Assembly: GCA_013265495.1 (NCBI GenBank)
Contig: MU058418.1
Coordinates: 372,001-436,000, forward strand
Length of the DNA: 64,000 nucleotides
Direction: 5' to 3'
DNA from: Vicugna vicugna
Taxonomy: Eukaryota
Both the position numbers and the translations under genes were made by a program. The notes beneath the pieces are model-generated. The model was not told where the DNA came from. It searched no databases and saw nothing but the letters and a program-made list of their open reading frames with translations. Below, piece by piece: positions 26,071-38,449 of the stretch. Every line of letters starts with the position of its first letter. The first letter of the stretch is position 1.

Positions 26071-27436
26071 TAGTGATTCTCAAAGTACAGTCTGTGAACC
26101 TACAGGGGTCCCTGAGATTTTTTTTCAGGAGGGAGTTCATGAAGCAAAAACTATAATATAACTAAGATATTATTTGCGTTTCTCACTGTGTTGACATTGA
26201 CACTGATGGTACAAAAGAAATAGTAGGTAAAACTTCTCCAGCCTCAGCACAAATCAAGGCAGTGACACCAACTACAGAATTATGTTCTCCAGTGCCATGC
26301 ACTCATAATAAGAAAAATACCAGTTTTACTTAAGAGCATCTTGATGAAAGAGTATAGTTAATTTTATTAAATCTTGACCCAGAGTATATATCTTTTGTAA
26401 TAATCCATGTTACAAAATCAAAGCATGTGTAAAGTTCTGTGTTGTATACCAAAATATGGTAATTGTCTCAAGGAAAAGCTGAATTAGGTGGTTTTTTTTT
26501 TCAGGAAATACCATTTTTACTTAAAAGAACAACCAATAGATAAATTACTCTTTCAACTTGGATACCAGCAGGTGTTTTCTCAAAAATGAATGCAGTAAGT
26601 AAGTCTGTTACTTAAAGGGATAAAAATAACAGCACTTGTTGCCATCAATAAAATTCAAACTTTCAAGCAAAAATTAGAATTGCAGAAAACTTATACTGGC
26701 TGACATAATCTTGACAACTTTCTAAAACTTAATACTTTTCTGATGAGACCAGTGGTGACAGCAACAAATATGTGGGGACTTTTACATTGTATTGAAGATT
26801 TGTATACCTCAGTGAACCAATATTTCCAGATGACCTATACAAAATTGTGGGTAGGTAAAAGATCCATTCAAAATGCAAGACAGAACAATGGATTTTAATG
26901 TAACAATATACAAAGTTCATTGACATAGTTTCAGATTCTGCACTACAAGTAACCTCTAAGAAACTACCACCTGTCAACTTTTGCCATAGGATCAAAGAAG
27001 AAAATTCATGATTATCTGTAAAAGCGATTATATTACTCTTCCTTTTTCCAACTACGTATCTATGTAAGGTCAGATTTTCTTCATTTACTTCAACCAAAAC
27101 AACACTTTTCAACAAACTGAAAGTAGAAGCAGATATGAATAATCAATTTTCTGCTATTAAGCCAGAGATTTACAAAAATATAAAACAACTGTTTTCAATA
27201 TTTGTTTTTGAAAAATATAATCATTTTTCAAAAAATGTTTATTAATGATAACGTATTATGAGTTTATTACTGTTATTTTAAAATTAATAAATATTTTAAA
27301 TTTCTCTTATTAGAATTTCTGAATTTCTGATACAATAAATAGCAACAGATATAATCCATTGAAGCAAAATCTCCTTGGTGTCTTCAATAATTTTTAAGAT
27401 TGAAAAGGGGTCCTGAAATCAAGAAGTTTGAGAACC
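26071..27436 (+). mobile_element. Charlie1a-like hAT DNA transposon with decayed transposase
   Basis: TIRs tagtgattctcaaa / tttgagaacc (right end trimmed). Plus-frame 26979-27080 reads FCHRIKEENS*LSVKAIILLFLFPTTYLCKVRFS, a decayed hAT dimerisation motif; NKIQTFKQKLELQ lies upstream. Confidence 0.88.
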
Positions 27437-27869
27437 TAGCAAGTCTCCTAAGTACCATGAGTCTGCAATAGATTTTACTCAGCTTTTCCAGGCTAGCCTC
27501 AATCTCCCACTCTGTCCCATCAGCAAGTGTCTAGTGGAGAAAAAAAGGCTGTGCATTTTGGGCTAACCTAGATTTCCATATGCCAAACCAGCCCTCACAA
27601 CTGTTAAAAGTTATTCTGAATTCTCTTGTCCCCTGTGAACTCCCTCTGCCTAGACCAAACCTAATCCTAGGAACATGCCCATACTTGGCAACTGCTCTCA
27701 GGAAAAAACACCTAGCTATCTCAGTTCACATTAGAAGAGGTCTTCCCTTGCTAGAATTTGAGTTTTCCTCCTCCTTTTGCTTCCACGGCTCTATACCTTT
27801 CAAGATAAGATTTTTGGAATTTATCTATTTTCCACACAGGAGCAATAGCCTGCTACTACTTAATCCACT

Positions 27870-28320
27870 ACCAAGTAACAATGGCCAACACTTACATAGC
27901 ATTAACTATCTGCCAAGCAATATTCTAAGCATTTTACAGTGCTTAGAACTTGTTTAATTCTCAAGAAAAAATAAGGTATCCTCACTAAAGTTATACAGTT
28001 CATAATTGGTGAAACCAGAATTCAAATCAAGCAGCTTCGTTTCACAGTCCATGCCTTTAACCTCTAACCTCTAGCTACCCTTTGCCTTCCTTATCTACCA
28101 TACATTTTTCCCTCTGGAAACTTAGCCCATTTTCATGGTTGCTATTGTCACCTTAAGGTTGAAGATATCTAAATGTCCGTATCTCCAGGTCTAATTTAAC
28201 TGCTTGCTGAATTTCACCCTGGATATTCAGCATATCTAAAACCAATGCAATTTCTTTTCTCCCTGAAAATTTCCTTTTCCAAACACTGCCCTTTAACTGG
28301 CACCATCCTTTCCACCTTTG
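27870..28320. mobile_element. MIR (-) and L2 fragments
   Basis: aacacttacatagcattaactatctgccaagcaatattctaagcatttta (MIR); tatctccagg...aactgcttgctgaatttcaccctggatattc (L2). Confidence 0.55.
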
Positions 28321-28611
28321 GTCAATACAGGCAATTACGATTTTCCTTTCCTCTAAATTTCAGAAACATTTTTATCTATACCAGAAATCCGCAAACACTG
28401 ACTCACAACCAAGTCTACAATGGTGAATAAAACAGAGTAATATAATGCGCTGTTCTATTTAAAAATTCTGTCCTTAATTCTCTGATAATCCCTACATTTT
28501 ATTGTTAGAATGTTTTCTCTCTTATGAAATTGCAGTAACAGATAATACACTTTTAAAGTAATTTTTTTTTGTAAACTGAAAAGTTGACAACATTATAATG
28601 ATTCCCAAATT

Positions 28612-28962
28612 CAGATACATGCTACAATATGGATGAATCTTGAAAACATGCTACGTGAAGTAAGCCAGACACAAAAAGACAAACACTGTATGTTAATTCT
28701 ACTATATGAGGTAACTAGAATAGGCAAATTCATATAGAGAGAAAACAGAACAGAGGTTAGCAGGTCCGGGGAGAAGAGTTATGAGGAGTCATTGTTTAAT
28801 GAGCACAGAGTTTCTGTTTGGGATGATGAAAAAGTTCTAGAAATGGATAGTGGTGATGATTGCATAGTGATATGAATATACTTAACATTACTGAATTGTA
28901 CACATTAAAATGGTTAAAATGGTGAATTTTATGCTATGTATATTTTACCACAGTGAAAAACA
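28612..28962 (+). mobile_element. L1MB-type 3' UTR
   Basis: gatacatgctacaatatggatgaatcttgaaaacatgcta..gtaagccagacacaaaa...gatagtggtgatgattgca...aaaatggttaaaatggtgaattttatg..tattttaccaca. Confidence 0.85.
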
Positions 28963-29423
28963 ATGTGGGAAAAATTCAGAATTTTGGAGGTATGAGGAAT
29001 TTTTGGTTTTCTAGGCCACTTACCAACTTGTCAACTTGTTAGTTATGAGTTATTTCCCCTCAAAAATACTTCTTGAAAAAAAATTCAAACATTTTCATCA
29101 ACAAGTAACATATTTCAACAAACTTAGAGGAATTACAGGAAGCTCCAGAAAACACTCGTGGAGGTAAAACCAGCCTGACTGTGTAGTACTGTAGTCCTTA
29201 TTCAGTGGTTATTTAGCCATCCTAAACTCATCTCTACAGGACATCCATTGCCATAAAAAAAAAAAAAAAAGAATCTTATTTACCAGGGAAGAGACCAGGA
29301 ATTCCCTGGATCAGGTTGCCATAGGGATGGAAGATCTCTGAGACTGAGAACTGAACCAGTTCAGCAGACCACAGATTCTAGCCTCTCTTGCTCTTAACCT
29401 ATTGGTGTCCTCCCTCTCCATGC

Positions 29424-29730
29424 CAGGGGTCACAATCTCAAATGCCTAATAAAGCCAGAAGCCAGGCAAGGAATGTAAATTAATGATGCAAGAGGGAAAT
29501 GAATCTGGGGAGAAGCAGGGAGACAGAAAGCTACAGCAGCCTGGAGTGCTTCTGTCACACCTACAGAGCACTGCCAGTTGCTGTCAAGTAGTAACACTAG
29601 CCCACTGTTGCCATGACTTCTGACTTTTCAAAAAAGGCTGGAAATTCAAATTTTTCAGCTTACTCTACAAGCTAAACAGAACAGATCTAAGAACCCCAAG
29701 TAGAATATAGATCTCCCAGTTTCTGCTCCA
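29424..29730 (+). mobile_element. MER102-like hAT element
   Basis: caggggtcacaatctcaaatgcct..gccaggcaaggaatgtaaat..gcccactgttgcca..ttctgacttttcaa..gctggaaattcaaattttt. Confidence 0.6.
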
Positions 29731-30294
29731 TGCATACCCTTCTCCAAGCCATGAAGAAAAACAACAGGAAACAATACTTTCTAGTTATGCTTATCTTATT
29801 TTGCATCTAAGGACTCTAATTCCCTGAAAGCACGGCAGCAGCAACATTCAAGGAACATAAAACTGAAAAAACAAAGGAGAAAATCAAAAAGGCAATCTTT
29901 TTAATACCTACTTAATTTATGAAAAGTAAAAGCCTGGCACTTCAAATAATTTACCAACTTTCAAAATGTCAGGAACTGAAATGAGGGTATGGTAACTGGA
30001 GAACATTGGAAGAAAATATTACACAGCTAGAATGTAATTTTTAAAACTCTTTAAAGCCATCCTAAAAATCACATGATAGAGAGTATGACCCTCATGATTC
30101 ACAATAAACCTGTCCCCTATGGCACAATATGAAATGCCTGTTGTAATTTTGGATCCCACTGTCTTGAATTTTACTTGATTTCTACAACTTTGGTTGATAT
30201 GAAAATACAGATCTGCAAGTTCATGTATAAAATCCCAGATTCCAAGTGAAAAATTCTATTTTGTGAATTTTTTTGAAATTGCCTGCTATTTGAC

Positions 30295-30400
30295 AAAGGA
30301 GGAAAAAGGAAAGGGAAAAAAAGAAAAAGAAAAAAAGGAAAGGAAAGAAAAGGAAAGTAAAGGTAAGGAAGGGAGGGAAAGGCAACTGGAAAAGGAGGAA
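30295..30400 (+). repeat. GA-rich low-complexity tract (63 nt pure purine, 30295-30357)
   Basis: Read directly; it generates the K/E- and F/S-rich spurious ORFs at 30171-30495. Confidence 0.9.
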
Positions 30401-30825
30401 AAATATTTTGCAAAAAAACCTGCTTTCTTGCAGTGTGACAGATACAGGCGCCAAGAATAGTGGGAGTAAAAGCTATTTTCTCTTTCTCTTTTCACAAAAA
30501 AGACTAGTTACTCCCTTCCAAAGGTAATCCTTACTGTGGTCAAGGAGAGTCAGAATTCTCCTTTAAACTCTATGTAGTTAATTTATCCATAAATAATATC
30601 ATTTCCTTTACTAAAAACAAAATATATAGCAGGATCTAACTAGTATTAAATGCTTATGTGCTAGGTACTATGCTAAGCAGGTAACATGTATCTCATTTAA
30701 TCCTCCCAACTCTCTGAAATAGGTACTTTTATCTTTGACCAAAGTAAACATAATCATGTTTACTCATGAGGTTTACTTTCTAGTGGGAGAAACAAACATT
30801 AAACAATTCCAACAAAAAATGTACA

Positions 30826-31165
30826 AAGTGAAGTAAGCCAGAAAGGGAAAGAAAAATACCATATTATCACTCATATGTGGAATCTTAAAAAACAAAAAAA
30901 AAGAAAGAAAAAAGAAGACACTAATGAATTCATCTACAAAACAGAAAAAGGCTCCCAGACATAGTAAACAATCTTATGGTTACCAGGGGAAAGGGGGTGG
31001 GAAGGGATAAATTTGGGAGCTTGAGGTTTGCAAAGGTTAACCACTATACATAAAAATAGATAAACAACAGATTCCTGCTGTATATTATAGGGAACTATAT
31101 TCAATATCTTATAATAACCTTTAATGAAAAAGAATATGAAAACAAGTATATGTGTGTATATATAT
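30826..31165 (+). mobile_element. Young camelid-type L1 3' fragment (lacks terminal part and poly-A)
   Basis: Colinear with 20200-20535 (aagtgaagtaagccagaaag..gggaagggataaatttggg..aaaagaatatgaaaacaa). Confidence 0.9.
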
Positions 31166-31207
31166 CAACAATGTATAAAAGTGCCTGGACAACCAACTGA
31201 GTTGCCA

Positions 31208-31231
31208 AGCTAGCTAGCTAGCTAGCTAGCT
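31208..31231. repeat. (AGCT)6 self-complementary tetranucleotide repeat
   Basis: agctagctagctagctagctagct. Confidence 0.95.
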
Positions 31232-31475
31232 ATTTATTTTAACCAGTGTGATAGGTAAGAAACTGTATCTTACTGAAGCTTTTAATTTGTATTTTTCTTT
31301 CTTAGGTAAGGTTGAACATTCTTTCACATGTTTAAGAGCCATCTATACTTCCTTTTCTGGTCAACTACCTATTCATGTCATTTGCTCATTTTTCTATGGT
31401 GTTTCTATGAGCTCTTAATATATATACTGTCTGCAATATTAATTGCAAATTTTTCCTTCAACTTGTATTTCTCTT

Positions 31476-32023
31476 TTTCTAATTAAAATGTATAATTGAG
31501 ATATAATTGATATATAACATTGTATTAGTTTTAGGTGTACAACACAATGATTTGATATATGTATATATTGTGAAATGACACAGTAAGTTTAGAAAACATC
31601 CATCACCACACATAGTTAACAATTTTTTTCCTTGTGATGAGAACTTTTAAGATCTACTCTCTTAGCAACTTTCAAATATAGACTACAGTATTGCTAACTC
31701 ATCATATTATACCTTAATCCCCAGAATTATTTTTCTTATAACTGGAAGTTTGTACCTTTTGATCACCTTCACCCATTTTGGCCACCTCCCACCTCTGGCA
31801 ATCACCAACCTGTTCTCTGTATCTGTAAGCTCTTCTTCTTTTTTAAATTCCACATATAAGTGATATCCCACAGCATTTGTCTCACTGAGCTCAAATGGTA
31901 CATGCCTTTCTCTGACTTATTTCACTTAACATAATGTCCTCAAGGTCCATCCATGTTATCACAAATGGCAGGATTTCCTTCCTTTTAATTGCTGAATAAT
32001 ATTTCTCTCTCTCCCTCTCTCAA

Positions 32024-32074
<51 letters not shown>

Positions 32075-33246
32075 CACATTTTCTTTATCCACATCTGTTG
32101 ATGAACACTGGTTGTTTCCGTTTCAGGTCTTATAAAAAAAAGCTGCAATGAACATAGGAGTGCTGATACCTTTTTCAGACAGTGATTTTATTTCCTTTGG
32201 ATAAATACTCAGAAGTGGAATTGCTGGATAATGCAGTAGTTCTATTTTTAATTTTTTAAGTACTCTCCATACAGTTTTCCACAGTGGCTGCACGAACTTA
32301 CATTCCCACCAATAGTGCAAAATTTCTCCACATCCTTGCCGACACTTATTTCTTATCTTTTGGATAACAGCCATTCTAATGGGTGTGAGCTGATATCTCA
32401 TTGTAGTTTTGATTTGCTCTTTTCTGCTGATTAGTGATGTTGAGCACATTTTCACGTACCTGTTGGCCATTTGTATATCTTCTTTGGAAAAATGTCTGTT
32501 TAGATTCTCTGCCTATCTTTTAATTGAATTGTTACAGGTTTTTGTATTGAGTTGTATGAGTTCTTTATACATTTTAAACATTAACCCCTTATCAAATACA
32601 TGATTTGCAAATATTTTCTCACATTCAGTACCTTACCTTTTCATTTTGTTGATTATTTCCACTGCTGTACAGAAGCTTTTTTAGTTTGATGTCCCAGTTG
32701 TTTGTTTGGGACTTTTTTTGCTTTTTGCCTGTTTTTGGTGTCAAGTCCAAAAAAAAAATCATTGACAAGATTGATGTCAAAGAGTTAACCTGCATGGTTT
32801 CTTCTAGAAGTTTTATGGTTTCAGGTCTTTTATGCAAGCCTTTAATCCATTCTGAGTTGGTTTTTGTGTATGGTGAAAGTTTCACTGTTTTGCATATGGC
32901 TGTCCATCTTTTCCAACACCATTTATTAAAGAGACTTTAATCTCACTGTATAGTCTTGGCTCCCTTGTTATAAATTAATTGACCATGTATACATGGGTTA
33001 ATTTCTGGGCTTTGTATTCTGTTCCATTAACTGATGTGTCTGTTTTTATGTCAATACCATACTGTTTTGATTACTATAGCTTAATAATATAGTTTGAAAT
33101 TAGGAAGCGATGCCCCCAATTTGGTTCTTTCTTCTCAAGATTGCTTGGCTAGTTGAAGTCTTTTGCAGTTTCATACAAATTGTAGGATTGTTTGTTCTGT
33201 TTCTGTGAAAAATGCCATTGGAATTTTGTTAAGAATTGCAATGAAT
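31476..33246 (-). mobile_element. L1 (L1MA9-like 3' end + ORF2 C-terminus) nested in an older L1
   Basis: ORF 32123-32470 = ORF2p C-terminus ([26 protein letters not shown]); ORF 32625-32885 is also ORF2. Perfect TSD CTTGTATTTCTCTT at 31462-31475 and 33247-33260. Flanks 31240-31461 and 33261-33890 appear to be one older antisense L1. Confidence 0.92.
32004..32072 (+). repeat. Compound microsatellite imperfect (TC)n + (GT)17
   Basis: Read directly; lies inside the L1. Confidence 0.95.
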
Positions 33247-34141
33247 CTTGTATTTCTCTTCTGACCATGCTTATGGTGGGATGGTGGGTTTTGGTCATAC
33301 AGATTTTCAAAAGGCAAATTAACCAATCTTTTGAGTTTAGGATTTTGAGTCATAATTTTAGAAAGGCTTTATAACTCTAAGGTTATAATTAAATCCACCA
33401 TGGCTTTACATTTTATATTAAATCTCTGACCAATCTGGAGTTTATCCAAATATACACTGTCAAGTATGGACCTAACATTCTCTTTCCAGATGGCTACACA
33501 GTTACACCAATACCAGTTATTAGAGTCCATCCTTACTCCCACTGATATGAGACACTGCTTTCCACATCCTAAGTTGTTATATTTTATAATCTATTTCTGA
33601 ATTTTCAATTCTTCTCTTTAGTCTGTCAACTCATGAACTAGTACTATATTGCTTTAATTGAAGCTTTATAATATGCTAATACCTGGAAGAGCTAGTCCTT
33701 CCTCATTGCTCTTCTTTTTCAAAGTTATTCAGGGTTCAATATGCACTTTATAATTAGTGTTTCTAGTATTTTCACTGGGATCACTTTAATTTGTAAATTA
33801 GCATGGGAAAATCAGCACTTTATGAGGTTGAGATTTCCTATTCAAAAACATGACATGTTTATGTTCACAACTACTTTTGTGTTCTTCAGGAATATGGGGT
33901 GTAGATTAGAAGGAGGCTAGGTGGATAGGTTAGACTAATGCAGATTGTTTCTGGTAATTGAAAGATATGGAATGGATAAACTGGAGAGAGAATAGAGTGA
34001 TAAGAAGGCACAGCAACATTTAATTACCTGGATAACATAGTCACAGGGGGTAGGAAAGGTAGAAAAAAACAATATCAAGTAAAGAATGTTTTTCAAGAAA
34101 AAAGAAACTGTCAACAATACAATTAAGACAAAAGCATTTTA

Positions 34142-34411
34142 TATAGGACAGAAATAGACTCATATACATAGAATACAGACTTGTGGTTGCCAGGGGGGCG
34201 GAGGGTGGGAAAGGATAGACTGGGATTTCAAAATTGTAGAATAGATGAACAAGATTATACTGTATAGCACAGGGAATCACAAAGGAAAAAATGTGATAAT
34301 GAGTGGGTATATGTCCATGTATGACTGAAAAATTGTGCTGAACAGTAGAATTTGACACAACACTGTAAAATGATTATAAATCAATAAAAAATGTTTAAAA
34401 AACTAAAAAAA
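34142..34411 (+). mobile_element. Short, very young L1 3' end (second camelid subfamily)
   Basis: acagaaatagactc..cttgtggttgccagggg..gggtgggaaaggatagactgggatttc..aataaaaaatg + A tail. Perfect 17-bp TSD AAGACAAAAGCATTTTA (34125-34141, 34412-34428). Confidence 0.92.
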
Positions 34412-37129
34412 AAGACAAAAGCATTTTAAAATAAATCCATCAGATTTAGTGATATGGAAGTCATCAATGATCTTAGTAAGATCTTCTTGGGGGAGAATTA
34501 TAAAGCTGGAAGCCACAGTGGGACTTACATTCCAATATGGCCAAATAAAAAACTATTTTGCTCTAATTTGATCCTAAAAGGGTCTCCGTGAAGTCAAAAT
34601 GCCACTCAATTTGGAATATAACTGTATGGCTATTATTCCTAAAATGGAGTTCAAACATAGTCTTAGAAGGGGGTTCTTAAATAATTCATGCAAAGAATGC
34701 ACAGATCCAGAAAATACTGCCAACAAAACGAAATATCAGGAACCGGAGTGGGAAGTAATAGCTATAGGGCAAAGGGGATGGCAAACATGAAGCAAATTTT
34801 CTCCAAAGTAAACTAGCTATAGCTTCAGAGAAGGATTTGGCTTGGAGTTAGCCCCTGCTAACATTCTAAAGCATAGCTGAAGATCTGGATAAAACAGGTG
34901 GCTCCTTAAATAGGATGCAAGAACAAGGCCTAGCTGCTCAGAAGTACTTCCTTCTGTTTCTTTTCAAGATACCACTCTCTCCCTCCTTCAATTTGATCTC
35001 CAAATCCTAACTGTGTTTTCTCTTTTGTCTAGTTTCAACAGAAGCATACAGACTTCCCTGGTAGGAAAGTAAGGATATTGGTAGGAAAGTTAGAGAAAGA
35101 GTTATTCCTAACTCTTTCCTCATATTCACACAGGATAGCACATAGGATCTAGCCTAAGGGAGATAGCAAGAAGGGTCAAAAATGGAGAAGTCAATAAAAT
35201 AGTAACAATGCCTTGGTCAGATGCAAAGTGGGGCTGAATAGGTCCTAAGGAGAATATTCCATGGGCAACTCCAGAAACCTGGGACTGTGTGAAAGTGGAG
35301 AATGTACAGGGAATGAGGAAAGGCATTCAAGGGACATAATCAGAGAATCTTAAGGGGAGACCTTAGATGACATCTAGCTCACAGAGAATACTTTTTAATA
35401 AAAATAGTAAGAAAGGTGATTTTTACATTACAATTTTATCACTCACATTTGAGCCAAATAAAACTAAGACTCTCAAATGGAACTGATTACTGAGTACTTC
35501 CTAGGTTAATATATATACATTCCTATAGAATTCTTCAGAACAGAAAGAACTTTCAAGCCCACCTGAGTTGATCTGCATGCTGAAACCAATTTCCAATGTG
35601 GAAAAACAGGGTGAGTGAAATACAGCAATATCTTTTGAGCTTTCATTTTAACACAAGTTTGGATGAAGAATGGAAATCAAAATATCATAGCACTAAAATG
35701 CAGAAGTTCCAGGTCCCTTCTACCACTTACCAGCATCATGAATATAGGCACATGCATGGTGACAGTGTTATACCAAAATCACTAGTGAGATCTCTTCTAG
35801 GTATGAGATCTTTGTTCATAAAAAGAGGATACTCTCACATAAGCATTATTATCCTCTTTGGCCGCTAAAGATACCACGCAGGATCAACAGATTCAACTAA
35901 AGTCATTAAGGTAGAGGTAGAAGAGAAGGAAAAAAAGAGTACCTGAAATAGAAAAAGCAATGAACTCTTTATTGTAACTATATCAAGGGCGCCTGTCATA
36001 ATTTTCTTTAGGTTGTTCTACACTGGTATTTCCTCACATGTTAGCCCCATTCCAGTGTTCACCCTAACATGGTGGTATTCAAGCGTATTTGAGCCAACTA
36101 AGGAAATGTAATGCTTCTAAATTATTCTGTGGAACTAGTGCTATTAGCTGTTCATTCTGCCATGAGCGTAGAATAATAAGAAGGTACTGCATCAGAGAAC
36201 TGTATTCACTTGGTAAAATCTACTCCCTTATATCAATTTTCTGTGTAAGCTTGTCACAAAAGAAAGAAACAGGAGCTATTTCAGTTTAATCTGCATACCT
36301 CTTTTTGGAACCGGATATTAAAAGACGTGGTGGCTATTCCAGGGGGCAAAGTTTTTCTTTCTTTATAGAATTAGAATTATGTTAGTTCTTACCAGGATAG
36401 CAGGGAACAAATCACATATTAGTACATTATAATGACAGTTTATTCTATTTACTATTACTGGGGGAAATGCATTTTATTCATACAGTAAAGTGGCAGAACT
36501 CCTGGGCATGTGCCTAAACTTTATTTCAAGAAAAAGAATCTGTAAGCATAGGATTCTACCAACTTACTGCAGGCTGGGTGAGGGCACATGAGTCATGAAA
36601 TGGGAAACAAACAGGAAGGAAACTGGGCAAAGGCATTTGAGGGTAATAAATATGATAGCAATCTAGAGATGTACGGTTCATGTTGTTTATGATTACAGAC
36701 TGATTATTCCTCTAAGTGCAAAGGCTATCCAATAAGTCATATCCGGGTTGATTTGTTAGCAAGGTACTTTCTCCAGATAATAAATTAGAATATAATTAAA
36801 GTGCATTCTGTCTGTTTATCATGGACTAAGATAGCTTACTATAATTCTCAATTATCTGCATGAACACACAACATGCCAGCATGGTGAATAAACCTTTCAG
36901 CAAAGGGCAATAAACATCTTAGGAATACATTAAAATTGCTAGATTTCTTCTCTAGTCCTTTTAAAAATTTGTTTCCAATTTTGATAAATTATGTGAATGG
37001 AACCAAATTAATTTGGTATTTGCTTTCGTACAGTAAGTCATACAGTAAGTTTGGGCTCATAAGTCTCTAAACTTCTTAGCTTGCTGGCAATTTGCTGAGG
37101 GCAGTGACTAAATCATGAAAGAAGTCAAA

Positions 37130-37860
37130 GAAAATAGAATTGAATATTACTGCAAACCTTTGCTAGGTGGAAAAACTTAAACACAGAGAAAACAGAAAAC
37201 TCACAAAGGAAAAAACAGATATGAACATTTAAAATTTTAAAACGTGTGTTTAAAAAAGCATTTGTAGAAATATAAGACAATAAATCCACTAAAGATCTCG
37301 TAAGTATTAATAACAAGCAACTCAAACCATGAGAAATAAATGAACAAAACACACAAAGAGAAACTAATAAATAAAACATAAAAAATAATTTCAAGTAAAT
37401 TAAATTCAAATCAGGGTAACAATTTTCCACCTAATTAGTAAAAAGTCTTTTTTTTTAAATGATAATGACCAATTTTGGCAAAGATACAGTGATGCTTGTA
37501 CTCTCATACGTTGCTGATTATTTCTTATATTGATTAGAACTCTTCAAAAATACAATTTGGCATTTTGAATTAAAAAATTTAAAAACGTTTATAATGTTTA
37601 TTTCAGTACTCCTACATTCCAGGATCCATCTAATAAAAAAAAAAGTTATCATAGCTTGATCTATCAGTAATAAAAATCTGAGACAACAAATAGTAAAAAT
37701 GTAAACTATGGTATAATCGTGGATGGAATATTATGTGGCTGTTTTAAATGATGATTATGAAAACTAAGCAAAAGAGGCTAGAAAACTGTACATGCAAGAT
37801 AAAAAATATGCATATTAAAGAAGACTAGGAAGGAAAATGCCAAAGTGATAATCATGGTGA
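37130..37860 (+). mobile_element. Highly decayed L1ME-type remnant
   Basis: A-rich, with traces of the ORF2 end (ttggcaaagatacag..ctctcatacgttgctg..acaatttggca..aaactatggtat..atggaatattatg). Confidence 0.5.
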
Positions 37861-37894
37861 GCTGATAAAGTACGCTGAGCAACTGACCCCACCC

Positions 37895-38341
37895 ACCCCA
37901 AGTACTAACCTCCAAAGATGCCCAAGTCCTAATGCCTGGAACCTGTGACTGCTACTTTACTTGGCAATAGGGACTTTGCAGGTGTGAATAGGATTTTGAG
38001 ATGGAGAGATTGTCCTGGATTACCCGGATAGGACTAGCATAATCACAAGAGTCCTTATAAGGGGGAGCCAGAAGGGTCAAAGTCAGAAAAGAGACATGAC
38101 AACAGAAGCACAGGTTGGAATGACTTGGCCACAAGTCAAGGCAGATGAGTACCCTCTAGAAGTTGGAAAATGGATTCTCCCTAGAGCCTCCAGAAGGAAC
38201 TCAGCTCTACTGACACCTTGATTTTTATTCCCGTAAGATTCATTTCTACCTTCTGACCTTCAAAAAAGTTAGATAATAAATGTGTTGTTTTAAGCCACTA
38301 AATTTGTGATAATTTGTTACAACAACAGGAAACTAATAGAT
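37895..38341 (+). mobile_element. MLT1 (MaLR) solo LTR, MLT1D-like
   Basis: aaagatgcccaagtcctaatgcctggaacctgtga..gggactttgcaggtgtga..ttgagatggagagatt.tcctggattacc..gattctccctagagcctccagaagga..aataaatgtgttgttttaagccactaaatttgtg.taatttgttaca..ggaaactaata. Confidence 0.88.
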
Positions 38342-38449
38342 GTTAAGACTGTCGTTTTTATACTTTCTATAATGTTCATATTACATCAGTTGAGGCATTC
38401 TAATACACCTATTAGCTAGAATTTTTCTAGATAAAAACTTACTCTGCTG

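Noticed and set aside
26729..27115. 128-aa minus-strand ORF or domesticated transposase
   Set aside because: It is antisense to the Charlie transposase remnant, whose own frame has stops and frameshifts.
30171..30495. Lys/Glu-rich and Phe-rich ORFs
   Set aside because: Translations of a GA-rich low-complexity tract.
36587..36620. AP-1 palindrome CATGAGTCATG with nearby ETS core
   Set aside because: Short motifs at about chance frequency, with no independent support.
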